From: Azolla caroliniana
Lineage: Eukaryota > Plantae > Polypodiophyta
Assembly: GCA_043228905.1 (NCBI GenBank)
Contig: JBHGNT010000018.1
Location: 13,950,001 to 14,014,000 of the forward strand
Direction of reading: 5' to 3'
DNA length: 64,000 nt
Under the pieces are notes generated by a model that was not told the DNA's origin, did not search any database, and saw only the letters and a program-made list of their open reading frames with translations. This document shows positions 11,866 to 23,154 of the stretch, one piece after another (position 1 is the first letter of the stretch; each line of letters opens with the position of its first letter). The position numbers and the translations under genes were made by a program.

Positions 11866-14725
11866 AGGAGTCCAAACAAATGCTTGATTTTTCTTGGTGA
11901 GTTGAGTGAGCGGCAATACAATCTTTGAATAATTCCATATGAATTTGCGGTAGAAGTTGACAAATCCAAGGAAACACTGGACATTGCAGACGGAACTCGG
12001 AGTATGCCATTCCAATATTGTTTGAATTTTCGTTGGATCCATGAAGATACCTTTGGATGAAATGGTATAACCCGAGAACTCAACTTCTTTGCAATCAAAA
12101 CTATAGTTCTCCAATTTGGCATAAAGACCATACTCTCTTAAGCATTGGAGTACCTTTCGTACATATGCATCATGCTCTGCATGTGTTCTAGAGTAAATCA
12201 ATAGATCATCTAAATAGATGATGAGAAAGATATCTAGAAAATCTCGGAAAATGTCATTTGCCATATGTTGAAACATGGCGGGAGCATTTGTGAGCCCAAA
12301 AGGCATTACTGTATACTTGAAATGGCCATACCGAGTGCGAAATGCAGTCTTCCACTCATCTCCCGGTCGAATACAGACAAGATTATATGCACCCCTTAGA
12401 TCAATTTTGGTAAAATGCTTTGCCCCACCAATGCGCTCTAAAAGACTAGAAATTAAAGGTAGAGCATACCTATTTCTTATTGTGACTTTATTTAATCCCC
12501 GATAATCCACAACCAAACGAGGTGAGCCGTCCTTTTTCTTCACGAAAAAGTTAGGAGCACCAGTTGGGGACTTTGAATGTCGAATAAACCCACTTGCAAG
12601 ATTCTCGTCGATGTATGCTCGAAGAACCTCAAGCTCCGTTGGTGACAGATTGTAGATCGGACCCCATGGTGGCTCTTTTCCTGGTTGTAGATCAAAGGGA
12701 CAATCTTATGGTCGATGCTTTGGAAGTACACTAGCTTTGACTTTGTCAAAGACATCAGCATATTCTTGGTACTTTTGAGGAATGTAGACCTCTGACTTAC
12801 CGTGAGTGTCAACAGAAGGTGCAATTGATATGGCAAATAAAAATAAATCTTCTTTTGCTCCTTCTTGGCATAATTGTTGTAGGGTGGTAGTTGAAATCTG
12901 ATGAACATGTTTGGTAGAGGATGAATTGGTAACACTATATTTTTCAAGGGAGGATCCTAGGTTTGACCCTTGACTACTATGTTTCCTTTTGAAGGGCACC
13001 TAATTTCTTATCGTCTCTAATCAATTCTTGGGTTGTGTAGCTCAAACCATGGCAAACCAAGGACTATTGGATGCTTAGGGCTACGGATTATGTTAAAGGA
13101 AACTACACATCCTAGATCACCTAAGAGTATGTGTATCGGCTCAGACTCCTCGAATATCTTTCTAGAAGCTATGGGGCATCATCAATCACTACTACAAAAA
13201 CTGGGCGAGGAAGTTTATGCAAGGGTATTTGATGTTTTCGGGCAAAATCTCTATCCATGAAACAAGATTTGGCTCCGGTATATAAGAGATCTGGGACATG
13301 AAGTTGACAACTTGGTGTCCTAACTTGTACTTGGGTAGAGAAAACTCTACTAACATGCTTGGAGGAGATGGAACCACACTAGGCTGTACAGATCTAGGAC
13401 TGTCCAACCAAACGGCTCTGATTTTGGCTGGACTTATTCACTTGACTCCTCTTCTAATTGGCTTAAGACCTCAAACTTATTGGATAGATTTGGATTACTA
13501 GAATCACTAGTTGGCACAATTTCAACGATGCTAAACTCATTTCTATTATCATAGTTAATGTGATGTACCTAACGTCTCGGTCTGTGCGGGCAGTGAATGA
13601 CAATATGTCTTGGACCTCCACAATATAAGCATAGTCGATTTGCTCGATGACGTTGTTTCTCTTCATCCGATAACGGTCCTCGTTGCCGGGTCATATCAAT
13701 CTCCATCGGTGTCGGGCTATCAATTGGTGTTGGGTTACGTGCTTGCCGTGGAGTTGGGACGGGGCTATATTGTTGCCTTGGAGATTGTGCCGTCACTGAT
13801 GCATAAGTTGACGTAAATCTTGATGTTGTTTGTTGTTGTTGTCGCTCGGACCGACGCTCAAAAAGCCGATTATCACACCGTATTTCTCGGCTAATAGATT
13901 TTGTAAGGGATTTTGGATCCTTAGGGAAGGTAAGAAGTAAATCTTTTACATCTCCATGGAGGCCCGAACGAAACTACTCCATTAGGGCTTGTTTGTCCCA
14001 AGGAATATCACTTGCAATGAGACGAAAATTGGCTGCATACGTTGATGCTGGTTGATCCCCTTGCCACAGTGTGCGAATCCTATTGATTGTCGTTCTTACA
14101 CTATCTGTGTCTCCGAAGCAAGCTGTAAACTCTTTGATAAATTCTTCAATGTTGTTAAGTAGGGGAGAATTTGCTTCTAGCATTGGAGCAAACCATGACA
14201 ATGTTGTGCTAGTCAATAAAGTGCCCACTAACCCGACTCGACATGAATCCGTCAGATAATGCGTGGGATGCATCTGGATCATCAACCGCAGTTGATTTAT
14301 AAAACCCCGAAAATGTGCTCTTGAACCATCAAATTTAGTCGGGAGGCTGATTTTGGGCTTATTATAATAGAATGAGTGCAAGGATAAGTTGGATACAAGG
14401 TAGGCTTGGAGCTGAAGATTGGTGTTGATCTGAACTGATTTGATATCATCTATTTGTCTCTATGTATAGGTTTTTATAGAATAGCTTAGAGATTTCTAGA
14501 ATGTTCTAGAATGTTCTGAACCTAGAATATTCTAGGATGCTCCAGAAGATTTCTAGAATGTTCTAGAGAGTTCCAGAAGTATCTCTGATACAATAATCAC
14601 TATGAAAAGTAGCCTTTATCATTTCACGTCCTGATAAGTTACCTTAATGGTTAGGCTTCGAATTTCATAATATGAAGTCCTGGGTTCAAGTCAAGGTGAA
14701 GCATAATGTTCACGGACTCGTGACA
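11866..14725 (-). mobile_element. Tcn1-like chromovirus (copy 2): partial 5' LTR, gag, PR, RT; truncated after RT
   Basis: LTR begins TGTCA at 14725 with TATAAA about 14473-14478; U5/PBS deleted (LTR fused to gag near 14375); gag ORFs 13974..14381 and 13569..13796 (CLYCGGPRH..HC); RT in 11602..12543 (YLDD). Confidence 0.9.
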
Positions 14726-14804
14726 CCTTGTGTGCCGGCTCCAACGCTAAGGTGAAGCATAATGTTCACGGACTCGTCACACCTTGTGTGCCGGCTCCAA
14801 CGCT
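14693..14804. repeat. 56-bp tandem duplication spanning the LTR/flank junction
   Basis: 14693-14748 matches 14749-14804 with one mismatch. Confidence 0.92.
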
Positions 14805-15457
14805 ATATTGTTTGTTCCTTCCACATAGCTCTAGTAACCATGCCCTAATAGATACTGGTGCATTTTATATGACCAGGATGCATAGTTGCTCCGGTCGATC
14901 TTTTCGGTGGGAAGCAAACTTGCCATACCTCTGTCCATCTTGGTTCTCTTATGTTCTTCACCGGGTGTTAGGGTTTGTCTTCGGAAGCGACTGTCAGCTG
15001 TAGAGGAGTCTCAACCCTCGTGCTTTGATACCATATGAAAGTTAATATGCAGAAGCGTATGACAAACCGGCTCAGCCGGATACCAACAGAACGTAGAGAA
15101 GAAGGTTTAATAGAGGCCTTACACAGAAAATCCACGAGAGAGACAGAGAGAGAGAGCAGAACATAAACTCTATTCGAAAATAATAATCCTTTGTGTACAT
15201 AGAATGTGCGCAGAGAGCACTTTTATACAAGTCCATAAAGGACTGACAGAAGTACTGACATGTACTTCAATGCTCATACGAGCGACTGACACTGACTCCC
15301 AAAAATATGCCTACGTACAAGGCTGGATCCGTAGGCCTCTAATGGCCTACCAGTTTCAATCTGATCCGGCTCTCCGACTTGGTTCCTGGCTCTGTATATC
15401 ATTTGGACACCGATCCGATTCACCATTCCGGATCCGATTGAGCTTGTTCGCTCAACA
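14782..15457 (-). mobile_element. Ty1/copia 5' fragment (MDRG-gag family): LTR, PBS, gag start
   Basis: LTR starts TGTTGAGCGAACAAGCTCAA at 15457; PBS TGGTATCAAAGC at 15022-15033; gag MDRGMASLLPTEKIDRSNYASWSYKM; homologous to 19934-21240. Confidence 0.85.
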
Positions 15458-15696
15458 ATTCTCTTTTCCTAGCTTGCATACATGCATTCTCTATTCCTAG
15501 CTTGCATGGATCTTCATACATTCTCTATTCCTAGCATACATACCTCTACCTTCTTGTATAAATACTCAGATGCACCTTTATTCTAATCAAGGTGAACACC
15601 ACCAATTATAGAATCATAAGTCGAGTTCTTGTTCTTTTTCTCTCTCCTAGTTCTTAGTCTCGTCTTGGTTCTACTCTATTATACTCGTCCGTGATA
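15458..15696 (+). repeat. probable partial LTR remnant
   Basis: short U3-like repeats (ATTCTCTATTCCTAGC), TATAAA about 15558, pyrimidine-rich U5-like stretch ending GTGATA. Confidence 0.4.
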
Positions 15697-16608
15697 GAAA
15701 CGAGCGAGCTACGAACAATCGACACAAGGCTGAAATCAAGAATCGGACTTAATCATACGAACAATCAGACCCATTCATACGAAGGACGATTCGAACACGT
15801 TGATTCGACCAACTCGAACCAGCTGAACCTTGAGGCTAGTTGAATCAAGCTAGACATCAACTTCATCTTCGTCAACTCGGCTCTATGTCGACTGACTTGT
15901 AATATAAATTTAGATTAATTTTATGATCTAGGTTTACGGGGGAGATAACCACAATCACTTCTACATGTAGGAAAGAGTAATCCCGTTACACGGGAATTTG
16001 TTGGCATAATGAGCCGACTCCTTCTACTTTGTACTCTAGTGTGAACACGTCCAAATAGTTAGGGCTTAATATATAAGCTATAACCTAACATTGTAATAAG
16101 TCTTCTTGATCATTCTTGTATATCTAAAGTCTGAGAGAGAGAGAGAGAAGAAATATAGAGAAAGCTTCCATTTGAGCTCAAACGGTGTCTATGATTTATT
16201 CATATTCTCTGTGTTGTTTGATGTGCACATTCACCAATAGGTTCTCACTTGCTTCCACACATTATTTCCCACACCTGGTGGGCAATAGGAGTGTAGGGAT
16301 GGTTGATGATAACTCCTCAATAGGCTCCATGTTTACCTAATAATCATAAAAAAATGACAAATGTTTTCATAACTATTTGTGTGCATGAATGTATAATCTC
16401 TAACACAATTAAATGTGTATGATTATATTATGTGTGTATAATGCCATGTGTGTAGTGTGTATGAACGTATAAATGTTAGAATGTGTTTGTGTATGTATAT
16501 GATTAAATGTGTGTGTATGAATGTGTTTGTATGTGAAAGTATGTCTTTGATTGATTAAATGTGTATGTATGAAAGTGTAGAAATGTTTGAATGTGTTTGT
16601 ATGACAAT

Positions 16609-16759
16609 CATAGTTCTAGCCATATGTCCCATTCGTGTCATACTCAAACGCCAATATTCGTATCATACTCATACGTGAAAAGGCTCCAAGTATGATTGAA
16701 ATCCATACGCGGTACATAGATATATTATATATACATATGGTGTATATGGTGTACATAGT

Positions 16760-16812
<53 letters not shown>

Positions 16813-17201
16813 TGTGTGGTCTAGAGAGAGAAGCCCTGTTTTGCATGTGTGAGGAGACAGTGATTGAGTGTATATCTAGACTCTAGAGAGAGAGAGAGAG
16901 AGAGGAGCTATGGGTTTTGTCTGTGTGAGGGAGTATGTAATATGTATATTAGATATCTAGATTTTGTAGAGAGAGAAAATATGTCAATTCTCGTGTGAGA
17001 GAGAGAGAGAGAGAGTGTGTATGTGTGTTAGATGTCACTTCAATTCACAAAATATTATGAATATCAAAAATTAAAAAAACAAAAAAAAAGTCAAAAAAGT
17101 CAAAAAAAAAAGCCAAACGAATATCGCGTATCATACGCGTACGTTTGCAAACGTTCGCGTACGTCCAGTAAATTGGACGTACGCGAATATTAGGAACTAT
17201 G
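16609..17201. mobile_element. hAT-superfamily MITE (non-autonomous)
   Basis: TIRs CATAGTTC...GAACTATG; 8-bp TSD ATGACAAT (16601-16608) / ATGACAGT (17202-17209). Confidence 0.82.
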
Positions 17202-17869
17202 ATGACAGTATGAATGTGTGTATAATTTAGTAAGTGTTCATATGATTATATAAATATATAAATGTTTGTACAAATGTATGCTTGTATGGGATTCAATTAG
17301 TGCATGTGTAGGATTGAATAAATGCGTGCGTGTATATTCTAGTTCTATGTACGTGGTGTATGTGTATGCTCATGTTAGTTTTTCATGTATGTGTATGTGT
17401 TATTTTTACCTATGTGTAAGTGTGTAATTGTACATATAATTGCATATGAATGTTGTCGTGGTATATGAATGTATAATTGTGTATACATCTATGTTTAATT
17501 TTGTAAACTTTATTATATCTATGTGTACAAATGTATAAATCTCTGTGCATTATTGTTTGTGTATGTCTATGGTTTTTTATGTATATGCATATATGTATGT
17601 TGATGCATGAATTTTTGTATGTGCATGCTTGTTGATTTTGTGTGTGTGCGCTTTTGTTGATGTATGAATTTGTGTGTGTTTAGTTGATTTCTATGTGTAT
17701 GAATGTGGTATTTAGACTTGTTGATGCATGAATTTATGTATATGCATGTTTGTTGATTTCTATGTGTATGATTGTGTTTGTTGATGCATGAATTTGTGTT
17801 TATATGCATAATATAAATCCTAATCCTAACCCTAAAAATACTTGTAAATTGAGGAGGAGGGGAGCTCAA

Positions 17870-17992
17870 CATCGCTATGTTGTGGCAAGAGGAGAAGTAT
17901 ACCCCTTTCTTATATTCTCTTAAAAAAAGTTTGATAACCATGTCACAATGCAACACATTTTGATGCATGTCAATTTGCGACGTCTTGTAGTG
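17870..17992. mobile_element. single terminus of a CACTA (En/Spm) DNA transposon
   Basis: TCTTGTAGTG end (reverse complement CACTACAAGA) with TGTCAC/TGCGAC-type subterminal motifs; preceded by TG/TA low-complexity DNA; partner end not found. Confidence 0.55.
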
Positions 17993-18179
17993 TGGAGACA
18001 TGCACTTAATGCATCATTGAGTGACACATTTTGGGAATCTGGATCACAACACAATGTTGGCAAGGTCTTAATCTTTGCCATTCTTAACCTTCAAGGTTCA
18101 AATTTAGACAATATTAGCGACATAAGTCAAGTTGGTCGTCCTCGAGTTGTAAACTATTGACACAAATGTTTCCCATGAA

Positions 18180-19494
18180 ATCGATAAACTTCTCATCAAG
18201 AGTAGAACACACAATTCCTCATCAATCGTCTTCCTTGATCCGACAACTAGGAGTATAGAAGTGAAAACTCACAAGAGGAAATTATATTGTTGTTTTGTGG
18301 AATTTTGCAGAGCCTTTGACAATATCCCTAAAGAATGGTTGTTTGATAGGTTTAAAGATTGCAGATACCAAATGACATGATTTGGGCAATCTATGCTTTA
18401 TATGAGCAAGTCTTCAAGTGTGTATGTTATCCAAGTTGTCTATCTAATTGCTTCACTAGCACCATTGGTGTAAAACAAGGTTGTCCCCTATGATTTTATC
18501 TTTTTGGGATCTACATTAATGAGATTACTAATTTTATTGCCCGTAAGGAAGGCAACGGAGTGTGCAAGTAAATATCTTGCTTTATGCTAATGATATAAAT
18601 TTTTACTCTCCGAGTTTGAACACAACCTACAAAGGCACCCTAATGCATTATATGACTTTTGCATACAAAGAGGACTAATAGCGGATCTAGGGAAAACTAA
18701 AGTCCTTATCTTCCATACATCTCCTCAGGTTAGGAATAAATGTCACCTAACGCTCTCTAATAGACTAGTTGAGGGAATCACATCACATATATATCTTGGA
18801 GACACTTTTAGTGCTTGCTCAAGTAAATTTTCAATGACATAAAGATAGGCTATCCCTCTCACTTTTAGAGAGACAAGGCCACCAGACATACTTGTAAGAC
18901 CCATGAACAAAGGGGTGGTTATTTGACTCATTAGTAACCTCGTCCTTCCTATATGCAGTGGTGGTTTGGGTTCTGGGGCTACCAACTTTCATACAATCAC
19001 AATTAGGGTGACCATTGGTCATATGATGCTATGACAACAAATCTAAAAGCAAATGAATAGTGCCACATGCAATCATTAGCGTAAATTTCACTTTACGGGC
19101 CTATACTACTAGAAGCATGTTTTCAACTACTAGTTTTTATTAATAGGATACAGAGCCAATTATCTAATAAGATATTGCATCAAGTTTTCTAGGAATCTCA
19201 ATCTTTCTATGAATCTGGAGATACCAACTATGATAGATAAAACTTTAATCTCATCTGGGGACCGTAATAAAGTGATACACTAAGAAATATGGTAGATTTA
19301 TACTCGTCATAGATAGATCAACCCACTAGAGCCACTCCCATCTAAAACATTGTACTATAAGGAATATTTCATGCATTTCTCTAATCTAGGTTTTATTATA
19401 CAACCAAAATAGCTAGATATTTTCTTAGCAAACACACTAAGGATTTCCATTGGACAACTTAGGGTATCATCCCACCAACTTGATATTGAAAAAG
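18180..19494 (+). mobile_element. degenerate LINE (RTE-like) reverse transcriptase remnant
   Basis: LYCCFVEFCRAFDNIP, TIGVKQGCPL, LLYAND and LRVSSHQLDIE motifs readable across frameshifts. Confidence 0.8.
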
Positions 19495-19933
19495 TGTTGA
19501 ATACGGTCATATAATGGACGTATTCACATTACCCCATTGGAAAAAGATTAAGCTATTTCTGGAGATAGTCGAAAGGGCAGTTGCCCTAGTTTGGTTAGTA
19601 TATAACCAACTTTGTAACCTAGTTTGTAGGCATTGTCATTTTTTTATTCTTGAATAATACAGTTTGTATTTGTGCCTCTCAGGTTCCATCTGTCACTCTC
19701 TACTTTGTTGCAAATTGTTTCTGATACATCTTTGTTCTTTGTTCTCTTTCATCAACTTGTCGTTTATTCCCATACAATGTTGTGTTGTAATCATCTACTC
19801 ATAGACAACCCATCTCCAATAGCTGGTATTAGAGCTCAAGGTTCATGGTGCTAGTCGCCTTGTGTCTATGCAACATTAACACTTCTGTTTACTTGTTAAA
19901 GACTTCCAATTTGTTGGATATCTACAACAAAAT
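19495..19933 (+). mobile_element. LTR plus tRNA-iMet PBS of an LTR element (probably copia), inserted in the LINE
   Basis: TGTTG start at 19495, degenerate end about 19821, PBS TGGTATTAGAGC at 19824-19835. Confidence 0.65.
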
Positions 19934-21240
19934 TGTTGAGCGAGCAAGCTCAACATGATCAGGATTGGCCGAATAAGCCAAGAGCCGGATGGGTGTCTGG
20001 ATCTGAGTGTAACCGGTAGGCTGTTAGAGGCCTACGATTCTAGCCTAGTACGTAGGCATATTTTTAGGAGTCAGTGTCAATCGCTTGGTATGAGCATTGA
20101 AGTACTTGTCAGTACTTATGTCAGTACTTATGTCAGTACTTATGTCAGTCCTTTTAAGGACTTGTATAAAAGCGCTCACAAAGCACATTGTATGTACAAA
20201 GTTTTTACAAAGCTTTTTGAAATAGAGGTTCATTGTCTTGCTCTATGTGTGTCTCTTTCTCTAACCTACTCTATGTATTCCATTCTCTGTGGTTTTTGCA
20301 GTTGGGCCGGTTGTGATCTGTTTAACTTCCGCATATTTGTCTTTACATGGTATCAGAGTGTGAGGGTTAGAACATCCTCTGTTGCCGACAAGAGCTTTCA
20401 ACACAAACCAAGACCTAACACCCAGTAAGAATAGACAAGAAGAGAAATGGACAGAGGTATGGGAAACTCGCTTCTGACAAAGAAGCTCGACAAAAACAAC
20501 TACGCATCTTGGTCGTACAAGATGCACCGGTACCTACTCGGACATAGGTACTGGAGTTATGTCGAAGGAGAAAATGATGCAACACCGGATTCGACACATA
20601 GGGGTTTTCTAGCCTGGGAACAGATGGCAAGCAGAGTTCTCTATTGCTTTGCATCTAGTGTTGATGATCAACTACTGAGCTACATCTGGGACACCAAAAC
20701 GCCAAAGGAGGCTTGGGGAAATCTAAAGAAGATGTTCGCTGCAAGCACCACATCCAGAAAGCTACTTCTTAGACAGGAGCTAAGCAACGTTCGACAGAGA
20801 GACATGTTGATGGCTGATTATATCTTCCAGATCAAGGAAATCTACGACTCTCTTGCCTCCATCAACGTGACTGTCGAGGAGGACGAAATGGCCCAAGTCT
20901 ATCTCGGTGGGTTAGCATCTAAGTTCGGATCATTTTGGACGGCGGTCTGCACAAGAGAGAGAGTACGACGTCATTCTTCGAGTTGCAATCGGTGCTTCTC
21001 GTTGAAGAGAACCGCACGGGTGTGTCGACGAGCATGCATACCAACAACAAAATGTTGTACACGGAGGAGGATAGAGCCCGTTGTCGTGGTGGAGGAGGCG
21101 GGTTGGCATGCAATGGAGGCGGCCGACAGGTGCAAAAGCAAATGCATAATCATCATGCCAATAGCAGTTCTGGACCCTCCGAGAGCAGGGGGAGTCAAGG
21201 TGGTGCCGGAAATCGACAATCTAAGGCCAACACGGTGTGG
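19934..21240 (+). mobile_element. Ty1/copia (MDRG-gag family) 5' LTR, PBS, truncated gag
   Basis: LTR 19934-20347 (TG...CA), PBS TGGTATCAGAG at 20348, gag ORF 20447.. (KLDKNNYASWSYKM); 12-bp AGTACTTATGTC repeats in LTR. Confidence 0.88.
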
Positions 21241-21289
21241 GTGTAGTTGTGGTTCATGCGGTGAAGTCGCAGGAACTAAGGTTAACGAG

Positions 21290-22200
21290 AGTTCGGGCAA
21301 ATTTTGAAAAGGCTTGTGTGACAATGTCATAGAGATTAAGGATACAAGCAAAGCTACCAAGGACTACTCAAATTGGCTCAGATTCTTCAACTATATTCCA
21401 AGATGCAATAGGGTGACCATCAATGACTACACCAGATGCAAGGCAAGGGATGTTTCTCAATAGAATTTTCTAGGATAAAGAAAATTTTTGTCCATAAAAC
21501 AAGAGTTGACTCCTGAATCTAAGAGAGTAGAGCCAAGAACTCGATGATAGCAAGAAGTGCTAGGCTCAACTTGTGCTGAAAAAACTGTGCTAACATGATT
21601 CAATAAAATGGAACCACTACTTTGGGCTGACTTTACGTATTCAGGATTGTGCAACCAAATGGCTCTAATTTTGGTTTGACGTATTCGTTTAATATTTCAT
21701 CAAGTTGACTCAAGACTTTGAAACTATTGAACTGACCATGACATGTGGCACTACTAGGGTTAGATGATCTAACTAAGGAATTGGAATGAAGATTCTCACT
21801 AATACTTACTTGATTTACTTGTCATTTTGGCCTATGTGGGCAAGTGATAGCGATGTGTCTTGAACCACCACAATACAAACATAGACGGTTTGTTCGACAT
21901 CGTTGCTTCTCAGCTTCGGACAAAGGCCCTCGACAACGTGTTACATCGATCTCCACCGGACTTGGACCACCTGATGGAATCTTGTGTGAAGTTTGGGTAG
22001 TGCTTGTAGGTGTCGAGGCTACTACCAAAGCATATGTTTGATCTGTTCTTGGTCATGACATTAATTGACGTTTTGAACGTCGCTTGAATAAGCAGTTGTC
22101 ACATTGCACTACACGACTTATCGCTTCTGTAAGTGATCTTGGATCTTCATGACAAGTTAATAGCAAATCCTTTACATCATTTCGTAGTCCTTTATATCTT
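21290..22200 (-). mobile_element. Tcn1-like chromovirus gag-protease fragment (copy 3)
   Basis: CLYCGGSRHIAITC knuckle (21822..22028), LLDSGVNSCFMD protease (21457..21654). Confidence 0.85.
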
Positions 22201-22204
22201 GGAT

Positions 22205-23150
22205 CTTAGATACCGACTCTGGGACCCCGAACACAGACAGATCATCAGAAGTTCGGACATAGTGTTCAATGAGTCAGCTATGCATAAGATGACTGAAAGG
22301 CCTATTGAAGTCCGAAGGGTAACCTTCTCCAATGTGCCAACCCTTCATGATGGCCCAACCCATAACATGAGATCGGCTTCATGGGTAGCCGAATCCTCTA
22401 GCACCGACTCGACAACGCCTAATTCGGCACAACCAAATGATTCGGCTTTGGACCATCTAACTCTGACACCCGATGCAACCAGTTCAGTCATACCTCGAAG
22501 ATCCGAGAGACTGTCGTAGACCTAAGAGAGGTACTCTCTTGGAATCTTCTTTACGGACGTCGATGAACCGACGTCATACGAAGAAGCATTGGTATCAGTC
22601 GATTCGGCCACATGGCATCTGGCGATGGAGTCGGAAATGAACTCCATTCAGGCAAAGAAGACTTGGGACTTGGTCAAATTACTGAAGAATCGACACGCTC
22701 TCCCGTCCAAGTGGATCTATAGACTAAAAGAGACGTCTGATTCGGCGACCCCAAAAATCAAGGCCAGATTAGTAGCCAAGGGTTTCCGACAATAATATGG
22801 CATCTATTTTGACGAGATTTTTTCGCTAGTGGTGAAAATGGCAACCCTTCGATTCATGCTTGATGTTGTGGCAACCGAAGATTTGGAGCATATTCAGCTA
22901 GATGTAAAAACAACATTCCTCCATGGTGACTTAGAGGAGGAAATTTATATGGAGCAGTCGAAAGGCTTTGTGGTATTTGACCAAGAACATCTAGCTTGCC
23001 GACTTAGGAAGAGTCTATATGGCCTAAAACAGGCACTGAGACAATGGTATAAGAAGTTCGACGACTTCAACCAATCAGTCGGCTTCTCCAGGAGCAATGA
23101 GGGCCACTACCTCTTCACCAAAACAACTCGAGATGGGTCTACGATATTAA
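22205..23150 (+). mobile_element. Ty1/copia pol fragment (integrase C-terminus to RT)
   Basis: YRLWDP..IIRSSDIVFNE, KARLVAKGF, QLDVKTTFLHGDLEEEIYM, LYGLKQA. Confidence 0.88.
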
Positions 23151-23154
23151 TTAT

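Noticed and set aside
14640-14692. Calling the LTR tRNA-like modules real tRNA genes
   Set aside because: Acceptor and anticodon stems do not pair; reported only as tRNA-derived modules
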